From positions 6,887 to 38,886 of the forward strand of contig CAKPGT010000002.1 of the NCBI GenBank assembly GCA_934155185.1: DNA of 32,000 nucleotides. The letters run 5' to 3'. The stretch comes from an uncultured Bacilli bacterium (GTDB lineage Bacteria > Bacillota_I > Bacilli_A > RF39 > UBA660). Position 1 is the first letter of the stretch. Every line of letters begins with the position of its first letter. Of this stretch, positions 7,868 to 17,266 are shown in pieces. The position numbers were made by a program, and so were the translations under genes. The notes under the pieces are model-generated. The model saw only the letters and a list, made by a program, of their open reading frames with translations. It had not been told where the DNA came from and searched no databases.

Positions 7868-8647
7868 TTTTGAAAGTGAAATAATTACAAAATATAAATA
7901 TGATAATGTTGGTAATATTGGTAACATGTTATACAAAAAAATTTATGTTCTTAATACGTATAACTTTATTACTAAAGATATATATATAATTATAATAATG
8001 AAAATAGGCAATATCAATTAACTAAATTTAACAATACTATTATTACTTATGATGAGATAGGTAATCCATTAACTATAGGGGATACAATCAACTTAACATG
8101 GATTAATGGTAGAGAACTGGAAACTTATAATGATGGTATTAACCTAATTTCATACAAATATAATTCTGATGGTATAAGAATAAGTAAAAAAGTAAATAAC
8201 AATGAAACGAAATATTACCTAGAGGATAATGACATAATATTTGAAAAAAAAGGTAATAATGTGTTATACTATTTACGTAATGATATAGATGATTTGTTTG
8301 GTTTTATGTATAATGATGATTTATATTATTATATAAAAAATAATACGAAAGATATTATAGGTATATTGGATAGTAGTCATAATATAGTTGCTAAATATAA
8401 ATATGATTCTTGGGGTAAAGTAATTTCTATAACAGATTGTAATGGTTATGATATATCAAATGATATTAATAATATAGCAAATATAAATCCATTTAGATAC
8501 AGGAGTTATTATTATGATTCAGAAACTAAATTATATTATTTGAATAGTAGATATTATAATCCAGAATGGAAAAGATTTATTAATCCGGATTCTTATGGGG
8601 AACAAATTGGTGGTAATATATTACTTCATAACATATATATTCTTTAA
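7868..8647 (+). pseudogene. Rhs/YD-repeat protein fragment (last YD repeats and Rhs-associated core), N-terminally truncated and frameshifted
   Basis: YD repeats: ITKYKYDNVGNI, ITYDEIGNPLTIGDTINLTWINGREL, YKYNSDGIRISK, YKYDSWGKV. Core end: FRYRSYYYDSETKLYYLNSRYYNPEWKRFINPDS...GGN. There is no upstream Rhs body; the fragment abuts the integrase fragment. A frame break occurs near 7975-7990. Confidence 0.8.
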
Positions 8648-9233
8648 ATAACCCTATTTTGTATAATGACGAAAGTGGTAATTTCCCAGGAGCTCTATCA
8701 TTAGCTACAGGTGTACTTTATGCTTTTGGGAAGGCTATGCTTAAGGCTGCTATATATGTAACTATTGGTGGTTTAGTTATAGGAGGATCTATTTCTGCTG
8801 GTAAAGCTATGGCAAATAGTAGAAGTAAATCAAAGACAAAAAAGAAAACGAAAAGTAAAACAAAAACAAAAACTGCTGTAGCTGCAAAAGTAAAAACTAG
8901 TACAAAAAATCTTCGTATAATAATAAACCATGTACAGAGGCCTATTTTACACAAGATATTAGAGATGTTGTACGCGGTGAAAGATTAACAATTGAAAAAA
9001 CAATTGCAAGAGTTAATGCTAAGGGAAATGTTATGTGTGACAGTTATTGGCCTGCCAAGAAAGTTGCTACTGATTTATCAACAAATCCAATGTGCGAAAT
9101 AAATAAAATTCAACGTAAAGGATATAAGTATTTCTATCATTTTCATCTAAATAGAGATACTTATAAGGATGTACATATATTCTTTGAAGGTGTACCATTA
9201 GATTTCTTTGAAGGAAAGGGGAATTGTAGATGA
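8647..9233 (+). pseudogene. Rhs C-terminal tip: junction motif, TM and K/T/S-rich linker, small toxin domain of unknown family (two frame breaks)
   Basis: NNPILYNDESGNF (degenerate N-P-x4-D-P-x-G junction) is read after a frame change in the (AT)4 run at 8633-8640. A second frame change lies between 8901 and 8988. The terminal domain reads ...RVNAKGNVMCDSYWPAKKVA...GYKYFYHFHLNRDTYKDVHIFFEG. Confidence 0.55.
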
Positions 9234-9958
9234 GAATAAGAGGTAAAGTGGATGGTGACTTATACAAGAAGTTAATGAGTTATATTGTTTCAAAAAGTGA
9301 TGTTTTGTCAGTATCAGTTAGACTTGATTATGATAGGAAAATTGCTAATAAAGTTATAAATATTATTATGTCTAGTAATGGATATACTGTTAATGATATT
9401 GTAAATAATTTTTCTAAAGAATATATAGAAAAAATAGCTGAAAAAAACAAGAAAAATAAATTAATTTTCGATGAAGAATATATTTGTAATGAAAAGCAAT
9501 GTGTAATAAAACATATTCAAAATTTTTCAGAGGAGTACAGGAAAAAACTTATATACGACAGAAGAAAAAATCATATAAAAAGTATAATTTATTGGATGGT
9601 TTATGAATATAAAACAACTAATTGGTTACACAAATTTAAAACCAATATCATTTATAAGTCGTGCAAGGATCCATCTTATACCACTTATTATCTTAATTTG
9701 ACAGTGGATTTAATAAACGATATTCTTAGTAGGAATTCATTTAATGATTGGAATTTTCCTTTTTCAGTCGAAGATATTGCACTTTTTAAAAATAAACAAT
9801 GTTTATTATGCTCTGAGACACATGAAAATGTATGGGATATATATTGCAAGGATGAAAATGAATATAAGTATTTTAAATCTATTGGTATTAAATTCAATGA
9901 CCCGAGATATATATTAGAAGGGAAAAAAGGATTACCTTACGATAATTATTATATCTAA
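9230..9958 (+). CDS. Putative cognate immunity protein (unknown family; paralogue at 22137-22784)
   Basis: ATGA start/stop overlap with the toxin tip ORF. No signal peptide or TM segment. The C-terminal FNDWNFPFSVEDIALF...YCKDENEYKYFKSIGIKFND matches FSDWKFPDSVENLFFY...FCKDEKEFRYLKSLGVRFND in the 22137 gene. Confidence 0.55.
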   Translation: MRIRGKVDGDLYKKLMSYIVSKSDVLSVSVRLDYDRKIANKVINIIMSSNGYTVNDIVNNFSKEYIEKIAEKNKKNKLIFDEEYICNEKQCVIKHIQNFSEEYRKKLIYDRRKNHIKSIIYWMVYEYKTTNWLHKFKTNIIYKSCKDPSYTTYYLNLTVDLINDILSRNSFNDWNFPFSVEDIALFKNKQCLLCSETHENVWDIYCKDENEYKYFKSIGIKFNDPRYILEGKKGLPYDNYYI

Positions 9959-10054
9959 TTATATTTCAGATTTGTTAGTTTTAGATTAATGCAAAAGATA
10001 TTTTGGTTTATTATCATTATGTCTTTTAATATTATTTGAGAAGGAGACTTTAAG

Positions 10055-10201
10055 ATAGATTTTATAGTAAAATATTGGATTAAAATACTATTAACATCCA
10101 TTACGTCAGGTATCTTGTATATTTTTAAACAATATATAGGATTAAAAAATGGAATGACCGCGCTTTTAAGAAATGAAATTATTAGAATATATGATAGGTA
10201 A
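10055..10201 (+). pseudogene. Small TM protein remnant, possibly phage holin-like (start codon lost)
   Basis: GAAGGAG followed by ATA instead of ATG. Reads IDFIVKYWIKILLTSITSGILYIFKQYIGLKNGMTALLRNEIIRIYDR: one TM helix followed by a G-x-x-ALLR-x-x-II-x-x-Y tail that I associate with small phage lysis-cassette proteins (from memory, unverified). Confidence 0.3.
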
Positions 10202-10240
10202 GAAGAGCTTGGGCTTTGTCCATGCGGTTCAGGATGTGAG

Positions 10241-10264
10241 TATAAACAATGTTGTGGTAAATAG
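10241..10264 (+). repeat. Direct repeat copy 3 (att-like core, secA 3' end copy)
   Basis: TATAAACAATGTTGTGGTAAATAG. The frame reads E-E-L-G-L-C-P-C-G-S-G-C-E-Y-K-Q-C-C-G-K-stop directly after an in-frame TAA (10199-10201) with no start codon. Confidence 0.85.
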
Positions 10265-10444
10265 CTTATAAAATAAGTAAATATTTAAGATCCAAAAATT
10301 ATTAAGTTGGTTCAGGTTTCAGAACTTATCTATAAAATAGTTAAAAATTGTTGTAAAATAAAGGCGTGAGCAAAAAATCATATGTTGACACCTTTTAAAA
10401 TTTAGTGGAAAATATGTACAATAAAGTTGTTACTAATTTTAAAA

Positions 10445-10595
10445 GATGTCTACTGAAAGATTAAAAGAATATATGATTAAAGATTTCACTATAGATGATG
10501 AAAGAATTAAAGCCAATGGTGGAGGTAATTGTTGGAAAGAATTGCTAGATAGAATTATTGATATAAGATCATTTGAAAAAGTATTATATAGGTAA
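10445..10595 (+). pseudogene. RhuM-family protein internal fragment, frameshifted
   Basis: MSTERLKEYMIKDFTIDDE, then a 1-nt shift in the A4 run at 10500-10503, then RIKANGGGNCWKELLDRIIDIRSFEKVLY. This resembles the RhuM core (L-K-E-x-L-x-K-G-F-x-x-D-D-E-R-L-K ... L-L-x-R-I-R-x-I-R-x-S-E-x-x-x-Y). Both protein ends are missing. Confidence 0.55.
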
Positions 10596-10733
10596 GCTTT
10601 TGATTTATACGTAAATATGAGTTACATACTGAGTAGTTTTGCGCTATATTTTCGTGAAACATTTTACTTTTTTCTCCAAAAATGGTATATTACTACTGCA
10701 GTAAATAAAATATCTATTTTTTAGGGGGAGAAT

Positions 10734-11723
10734 ATGGAAAAAGTAAAAGCTATGAGGTACTCAAATTTTAAAGAGGCAATTCATCCTTTATTATTAAGGG
10801 TTTTAACCGCTAAAGTAACAGGCAAATTAAATTTAGAAGGTAAATTTCCTAAAGATGGAAATTATTTAATTGTTGCAAACCATTTTTGTATTGAAGATAT
10901 TCCAACTTTAGGTCAAGCTGTAAATGAGCATTTTTACTTATTAGTTAGTGATGAAGATAAAAATACAATTGATGGTTTAGGCTTAACGCTAAATGGTACA
11001 GAATGGGTTCACAGATTAGATAAAAATAGTAGAAAGATTTCTAGTAATAATGCTGAAGCAATTTTAAAACAAAAAAAGAACTTTGCTATGTATCCAGAGG
11101 CTACTTGGAATTTATCGCCTAACTTACTTATGTTGCATATGAATTATGGATGTATTAGAATCGCTTTAAACTCTAATGTCCCAATCATTCCAGTTGTTAC
11201 ATTATTTAATAAAGAAAGTAGGCACACGATTATAGGCGAGCCTTTTTATCCAACCTCAAATTTAGTTGATTCTATAAATAAATTAAGAGATATTATGGCT
11301 TCTATGATATATGAGGAAATGCTTAAAGAAAATGAAATGGAATATAAAAAAGGAAATACAAATATACGTCATAAAGTAATAGATGGTAAAGATTATTACT
11401 ATGAAGAAAGAAAAACACTTGATTCAAATTATTGGAATAATAATATAGATTCAAGATATGAGGCTTATAAAAGAGCGCGAGAGGATAAAAGCGGAGTAAG
11501 GGAATTTGAATCACAATTTATCTTCACTCCAAAAACTGATGATTATAATTTCTTTCAAACATTTAACAGTGTGATAAGAAAAGATGGGGATAAAGTTTAT
11601 ATTAAAAGAATTTCATCTGAAAAAAATGGATACTACGAGCCTTTTACAAAGTATTCTGATTTTGATGAAATGTTTGGATATGGTTATAATGAAAAGGTTT
11701 TAAAAAACAATATAAGCAAATAA
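10734..11723 (+). CDS. Lysophospholipid/glycerolipid acyltransferase family protein (PlsC-like) with an uncharacterised C-terminal extension of about 130 aa
   Basis: H-x4-D motif in VANHFCIEDIP and a YPEATWN block (FPEGT-like). The C-terminal third has no motif I recognise. Confidence 0.7.
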   Translation: MEKVKAMRYSNFKEAIHPLLLRVLTAKVTGKLNLEGKFPKDGNYLIVANHFCIEDIPTLGQAVNEHFYLLVSDEDKNTIDGLGLTLNGTEWVHRLDKNSRKISSNNAEAILKQKKNFAMYPEATWNLSPNLLMLHMNYGCIRIALNSNVPIIPVVTLFNKESRHTIIGEPFYPTSNLVDSINKLRDIMASMIYEEMLKENEMEYKKGNTNIRHKVIDGKDYYYEERKTLDSNYWNNNIDSRYEAYKRAREDKSGVREFESQFIFTPKTDDYNFFQTFNSVIRKDGDKVYIKRISSEKNGYYEPFTKYSDFDEMFGYGYNEKVLKNNISK

Positions 11724-11797
11724 GGGTTATCGTTATTGATAACTTTTATTTTTTATGTTAATCTTATAGTAGTGTAGTAAATAGTAGTGGAGGAATT

Positions 11798-13600
11798 ATG
11801 AATCTTATTTTACCAACTTATTCTATATTTTTACTTATTATTTTAAATTTTGCTTTTTTTACCAAAAAAAGATTAAGAAGTGATGAAACAAAAACATACT
11901 CTATTCTTATAATTTTAAGTACTTTTAATATTATTTTTAATACAATTGGAATTTCATTAGGATATTTTGACGGCGTTTCTGATTTTTTATATGCTTTAAA
12001 TCATTTTGATTTACCACTTTACTTTTGGTGGTCTTCAATGATGTACGTATACTTATTGTATGTTTACATGAATACCGGTCAGAAAAGAAGATCATATTTT
12101 AAAATTAAAAAAATTATTTTAATCTTAAATATATTTATAACCATTTTAACGATTTTTTTACCATTTCAAATTGTTATAACGAAAAAAGCTGGTTATGCAA
12201 TCGGACCATGTGTAAATTTAGTATATTTAGTATCAGGAATTTACTTAGTACTATCCTTTATTACTTCTATTTTACTAATTACTAAAAAGCAGTTTAGAAA
12301 AATAATACCACTGTTTTCTTTGATAATTTTAGGCATGATAGCGACAGTAATTCAAAAGAGTATACCATCATTAATAATTATTCCATCAGTTGCAGTTTTA
12401 GTAGAGTTTATTATGTATTTTACAATAGAAAATCCGGATTTAAAAATGGTAAATGAATTATTAAGAAACAAGGAATTAGTTGAAAAACAGATGGAAGATA
12501 AATCTAGATTTTTATTTGAAGTAACTCAAGATATTAAAACTCCAACAAAAAATATTTTTACATTGTCAGACAATTTTGATGAATTCTATGAAAAAGATAA
12601 AAAGGATGCTATAAAAATTATTAGAAATAATGCAAATTCCGTATTATTTAAAATTAATAATATACTTGATATATCATCGATGGATGCTAGTAAAATAAAA
12701 ATATTTAATAATGAGTATAATGTTTATACTTTGTTTGAGACGGTAGAGAGTATTACAAAAAACTTAAATAAAAACAAAAATATAGATGTAAAATTTTTTA
12801 TAAACTCTAATATACCGACCATATTATATGGTGATGAAGTAAGACTAAAACAAATTTTAATATCGGTTTTGTCTAATAGTATAAGTAGTACTACAAAAGG
12901 ATTTATAATTGTAAGTGCTAGTGCAATAGTAAGATATGATGTTACAAGGCTGATTATAAAAATAGAAGATTCAGGATGTGGAATGAGTATAGATGAAGTA
13001 AACACTATTTTAGATGATAATAGAGAACTTACTAAGGAAGAAATACAAAAACTTGATGAACTTGATATGGATTTAGTAGCAACTATCAAATCAATAAAAT
13101 TATTGGGAGGGAGTTTTAATATAAGAAGTGAAGAAAATAAAGGCTCGACATTTACAATTGTAATAGATCAAAAGTGTAATATAGAAAAAAAATCAGATAT
13201 AATGCAGGATATTGAAAAATATTCATCAGATGTATTTGGAAGGAAAAGAGTACTTGTAGTTGATGATGATAAGGAAGAATTATTTAAAATTTCTGACATA
13301 TTATCAAATTATAACGTTGATATTAATACTACTATGTCTGGTAAAGACTGTGTATATAGAGTTCGAGCTGGAGAAATCTATAATTTAATAATAATAGATG
13401 ATGAACTTAAAAATGAGTCAGCATTAGGAACACTAGAAGAATTAACCAAAATTAAAAAGTTCAATTCTAAAGTTATTGTTATGTTGGCTAAAAATAAAGA
13501 ACATTTTAAAAAATATTACATAAAAGATGGGTTTACAGATGTAATATTAAAAGAAAATCTAATAGATGAATTAAAAGAAAAAGCAGACTTAAATTTATAA
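11798..13600 (+). CDS. Hybrid sensor histidine kinase-like protein (polytopic N-terminus, HisKA, HATPase_c, REC) with degenerate H-box
   Basis: About 6 N-terminal TM helices. The H-box KSRFLFEVTQDIKTPTKNI has Gln where the phospho-His is expected. N-box LKQILISVLSNS and G1 box IEDSGCGM are present; no clear G2 (G-x-G-L) box. The REC domain has VLVVDDD and LIIIDD. Confidence 0.8.
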   Translation: MNLILPTYSIFLLIILNFAFFTKKRLRSDETKTYSILIILSTFNIIFNTIGISLGYFDGVSDFLYALNHFDLPLYFWWSSMMYVYLLYVYMNTGQKRRSYFKIKKIILILNIFITILTIFLPFQIVITKKAGYAIGPCVNLVYLVSGIYLVLSFITSILLITKKQFRKIIPLFSLIILGMIATVIQKSIPSLIIIPSVAVLVEFIMYFTIENPDLKMVNELLRNKELVEKQMEDKSRFLFEVTQDIKTPTKNIFTLSDNFDEFYEKDKKDAIKIIRNNANSVLFKINNILDISSMDASKIKIFNNEYNVYTLFETVESITKNLNKNKNIDVKFFINSNIPTILYGDEVRLKQILISVLSNSISSTTKGFIIVSASAIVRYDVTRLIIKIEDSGCGMSIDEVNTILDDNRELTKEEIQKLDELDMDLVATIKSIKLLGGSFNIRSEENKGSTFTIVIDQKCNIEKKSDIMQDIEKYSSDVFGRKRVLVVDDDKEELFKISDILSNYNVDINTTMSGKDCVYRVRAGEIYNLIIIDDELKNESALGTLEELTKIKKFNSKVIVMLAKNKEHFKKYYIKDGFTDVILKENLIDELKEKADLNL

Positions 13601-13771
13601 AAATGCTTTAAATCACACGATATTTATGTTTATATTATAAGAACTCAAAAAGCGCATATAGGTGAAAAAGAATATCTTGCAGCTTTTTTATGTAATTACT
13701 TTAATTTAGTTTATGGCTAGGTGAAATATAAAGATATTAAAATTTTAGAAAGTGATGAAAAGAGGAATATA

Positions 13772-14254
13772 ATGAAAGATATTAAATTAAAAGATGAAAA
13801 TGGAAAATTTAGATTAAGAGTAAGTGGGATGCTAATAAAAAATAATAAACTTCTAGTACATGAGACACAAAAATTTAAAGGATATTGTTTGCCAGGCGGA
13901 CATGTTGAAGTAGGTGAAAGTACAAAGCAGGCTATATTAAGAGAAATGAAAGAAGAATTAAATATAGATGTAGAAATAATTGATTTATTTTGTATTAATG
14001 AAAATATATATAATGTTGATGAGACAACTAGTCAAGAAATCAATTATTATTATAATTTAAAATGTTTAACTCCTTTATCTGATGCACCTTTTTCTGTTAA
14101 GGAAATAGATAAAGGTATAGAAAAAGAACATAAATTTGATTGGATAGATATTAGTGAGTTATGTGATAAAAATTTTAAACCAGATCATATGGCAAAAATA
14201 ATTATGGAAAATACTGAGACTAAAAATAATGTAGTTTTATCCGATAATAGATAA
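13772..14254 (+). CDS. NUDIX hydrolase
   Basis: Nudix box GGHVEVGESTKQAILREMKEELNI. Start ATG 13772 after AAGAGG; the track start 13721 is GTG. Confidence 0.85.
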   Translation: MKDIKLKDENGKFRLRVSGMLIKNNKLLVHETQKFKGYCLPGGHVEVGESTKQAILREMKEELNIDVEIIDLFCINENIYNVDETTSQEINYYYNLKCLTPLSDAPFSVKEIDKGIEKEHKFDWIDISELCDKNFKPDHMAKIIMENTETKNNVVLSDNR

Positions 14255-14511
14255 TATGAAATATGTGGTATATTATTTTTAATAACGTCTCTTAGTAGTA
14301 CTAAGAGAAGCTAACTGAAAAACTATTAAAAATTTTGATTAAATAAGAAAAAAGAAAAACAATATAGTAAAATCATTGAAAAATAGAAATAAAACAAGTG
14401 ATAGTGCATAAAACATTGTATATTACCAGTGACTCAGAGAACTATTATTACGAAAATAATAATAAATACTATATTATATGTTATAATTAGCTTGTTTGAG
14501 TGAGGTAGTAT

Positions 14512-16299
14512 ATGGAAAAAGTAAAGTTAGAGCAAAAAGAATCAAAAACACCCAATAGAAGTGTTTGGAAAAATTTAAAAGCAACTTATAAATATGCTAA
14601 GAACGGTAAAAAATATTTAATATTATTCTTAGTAGGAAACATAATAATGACTATTATTTCAATTATTATACCTATCATTATTGCAAAGAGATTAGTATTA
14701 TTAACAAGCGGATTATTTCAGAAACTTTTGGGACTTGTAGTTTTAGTATTTGTTATAGAAATATTAAGAAACATAACTAGATATTTTTCAGTACATTCAT
14801 ATCATAAGTTTTATTATGATGTACGCCAAAATTTACAATTGGAACTAACGAGGGAAACATTAAAGATATCACAAAAGGATTTAAATACTAATTCTACAGG
14901 AATATTTATTGAAAGGATTAATAATGATACTGACAATTTAACTGATATTTTTGCAAATTTGATTGATTATATAACAAATATAATTGGTAGTTTAGGTATC
15001 TTAATAAGTATCTTTTTCATTAATATATATTTAGGTTTTTCTTATGTTTTATTAATTATAGTTATAGTTTTATATAATAAATTTGCAAGTAATATAAATT
15101 ACAAAAAAAGAAAAGAATGGAAAAAAAGCAGAGAAAAAACAGGTGGCTTTATTTCTGAAATTGTAAGAGGTGCTAAAGATATTAAAATATTAGATGCTGA
15201 AGAATCTTTTTTAAGTAAAGCCAATCTTTATATGGAAGAAACTAATGATATTTCCCGAAAATACCAACACTCTAGATTAATTTTACGATTGGCTGGAGGT
15301 TCTTTAAGAGATGTCTGTGATTTATTAATAAGCCTATTAACTTGTTTCTTTCTTATTTATAACTTATTATCTATAGAATTAGCATTAATAATTATGAATT
15401 ACCATTATAGAATTGTAGATACGGCTGATTGGATAGAACAGATATTTGAAATATTAAAACAATTTAATTTAGCTGCTAATCGTATTTTTGGTATATTAGA
15501 AGAAGGAGAATTTGAAAAAGAACACTTTGGTACACAAAAGCTTGAAAAATTTGAAGGAAATATTGAGTTTAAAAATGTTTGCTTTGAGTATGAAGAAAAT
15601 ATACCAATCATAAAAAATATGAATTTTAAAATAAATGCTAATGAAACCATTGGTTTTGTAGGACCATCTGGAGCAGGTAAAACAACTATTTTTAATTTAA
15701 TAAGCGCTCTAGAACTTGTTAACAAAGGAAGTATTGAATTTGATGGTATAGATATTAGTAAATTAGACAAATCAAGCATTCGTGGTAATTTGTCAGTAAT
15801 TAGTCAGAGTGCCTATATTTTTAATATGAGCATAATGGATAACTTAAAAGTGATAAAACAAAATGCTACAGAAAAAGAGATTAAAGAGGTTTGCCGCTTA
15901 GCGTGTCTAGATGAATTTATAGAAAGCTTGCCAAACAAATATAATACAATTGTTGGCGAAGGCGGAGTAACTTTATCAGGCGGTCAAAGGCAAAGATTAG
16001 CTATTGCTAGAGCCTTATTATTAAAAACTGAAATATTGCTTTTTGATGAAGCTACAAGTGCTTTAGATAATGAAACACAAACAAAAATTCAAGAAGCTAT
16101 TAGCAACTTAAAAGGTGAATATACGATTTTAATTATTGCTCATAGACTGTCAACTGTTATTGATGCGGATAGAATATTTGTTGTTAATGATGGTAAAATA
16201 GAAGCTTCTGGCAATCATAAAGAACTGTTAAAAAGTAGCAAAACATACAAAAAATTGTATGAAAAAGATATAAATGAAAATAATAAAATAAATATATAA
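14512..16299 (+). CDS. ABC exporter, fused permease/ATPase (type I, MsbA/LmrA-like)
   Basis: N-terminal 6-TM domain. Walker A GPSGAGKTT, signature LSGGQRQR, Walker B ILLFDEATSALD, H-loop IIAHR. Confidence 0.9.
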   Translation: MEKVKLEQKESKTPNRSVWKNLKATYKYAKNGKKYLILFLVGNIIMTIISIIIPIIIAKRLVLLTSGLFQKLLGLVVLVFVIEILRNITRYFSVHSYHKFYYDVRQNLQLELTRETLKISQKDLNTNSTGIFIERINNDTDNLTDIFANLIDYITNIIGSLGILISIFFINIYLGFSYVLLIIVIVLYNKFASNINYKKRKEWKKSREKTGGFISEIVRGAKDIKILDAEESFLSKANLYMEETNDISRKYQHSRLILRLAGGSLRDVCDLLISLLTCFFLIYNLLSIELALIIMNYHYRIVDTADWIEQIFEILKQFNLAANRIFGILEEGEFEKEHFGTQKLEKFEGNIEFKNVCFEYEENIPIIKNMNFKINANETIGFVGPSGAGKTTIFNLISALELVNKGSIEFDGIDISKLDKSSIRGNLSVISQSAYIFNMSIMDNLKVIKQNATEKEIKEVCRLACLDEFIESLPNKYNTIVGEGGVTLSGGQRQRLAIARALLLKTEILLFDEATSALDNETQTKIQEAISNLKGEYTILIIAHRLSTVIDADRIFVVNDGKIEASGNHKELLKSSKTYKKLYEKDINENNKINI

Positions 16300-16374
16300 C
16301 TAATCTATTTAATGATTTAAAATATTACTTAAAATGCTTTATTATTAGCTGCATAACTAGGAGGAATAAATGAC

Positions 16375-17182
16375 ATGAACTATATAATATGGGTTATAAT
16401 TTACTTAGTATTTGCAGTATTATTTGCTCAAGAATTTAAAAAAGTAAATAAAAACTCAAAAAACATATCAGCATTAACAGTCTTGTTAGAATTGATGAAC
16501 GGCTATCTTTGCACTTCTATTATCACCACTATTTAAATATAAATTCTCTACTAACATATATACATATGCCATAATATTCGTTGTTACTATACTGTATGCA
16601 TTCACTGATAGACTTAATATAGAAGCAAGGTATGGTCTTAATCCATCTGTTTTTAGTATGCTTAAACAATTATCAACAGTATTTATGGTTATTTTTGGGT
16701 TAGTATTCTTAAAAGAAAAATGGGTATTTAAAAAAATAATAGGTGCTATCTTGATATTATTTTCTAATATAATGCTATCAATAAATAAGGATGGAAAGTT
16801 TGAATTTAATAAATATTTTATAATGTCATTCATATCAAACTTTCTTTTTGCTGTTGCTATGCTTATAAATGTTAATATATCTAATGAATTTAATATAGGA
16901 ATCTATACGTTTTTAACAGTATTTGTTCCAGCAATGTTTATAAAGATAGGGACAAAACTTACTACAAAAGATCTTATTAATGAATTTAAAATTTATGATA
17001 AAAAAAGATTTTTATTAGTAGGATTTTCATGGTGTGTTATGCTTATATCATCTGTTAAGGCTTATGAATATGGAAGCATATCAGTTGTTGCACCCTTACT
17101 AACTTTGACCAGTATTTTAAATTCATTTTATGAATATTTCTTAGATAAAAACAAAAAAGATTTAATTTATAAACTAAAATAA
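16375..17182 (+). pseudogene. EamA/DMT-family transporter, interrupted by a frameshift near 16490-16500
   Basis: ATG 16375 after GGAGG gives MNYIIWVIIYLVFAVLFAQEF...ALTVLLELM and then stops. The next frame continues from 16499 as TAIFALLLSPLFKYKF...SMLKQLSTVFMVIFGLVFLKEKW into the track ORF 16658-17182. Together they would give about 269 aa of polytopic membrane protein. Confidence 0.6.
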
Positions 17183-17231
17183 GTGCTATTATAATGGCAG
17201 GAGTAATTTTAATAAAAATTTAGTAACTATA

Positions 17232-17266
17232 ATACTATCTATTATTGAATTAGATGGTATTTTTTA
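17232..17266 (+). terminator. Rho-independent terminator before prfB
   Basis: ATACTATCTA / TAGATGGTAT stem (one G-T pair), 9-nt loop, then T5. Confidence 0.6.

Larger units (their letters stand above)
7489..10264 (+). mobile_element. Islet B: second decayed integrative element in tandem at the secA 3' end
   Basis: Bounded by repeat copies 2 and 3. Begins with a frameshifted integrase fragment homologous to that of islet A. Cargo is an Rhs C-terminal toxin remnant, an immunity-like gene and a holin-like remnant. Confidence 0.68.

Noticed and set aside
8659-8988. ORF 8659-8988 as an independent small membrane or Lys-rich protein, and its antisense ORF 8718-8954
   Set aside because: Its 5' end continues the Rhs junction motif (NNPILYNDESGNF) upstream of the assigned TTG start. 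It is better explained as a frameshifted piece of the Rhs C-terminal region than as a separate gene.
7595-10595. Treating all frame breaks in islet B as proven pseudogenisation
   Set aside because: Several breaks sit in poly-A or (AT)n runs, where sequencing or assembly errors are common. They are reported as pseudogenes with this caveat rather than as established decay.
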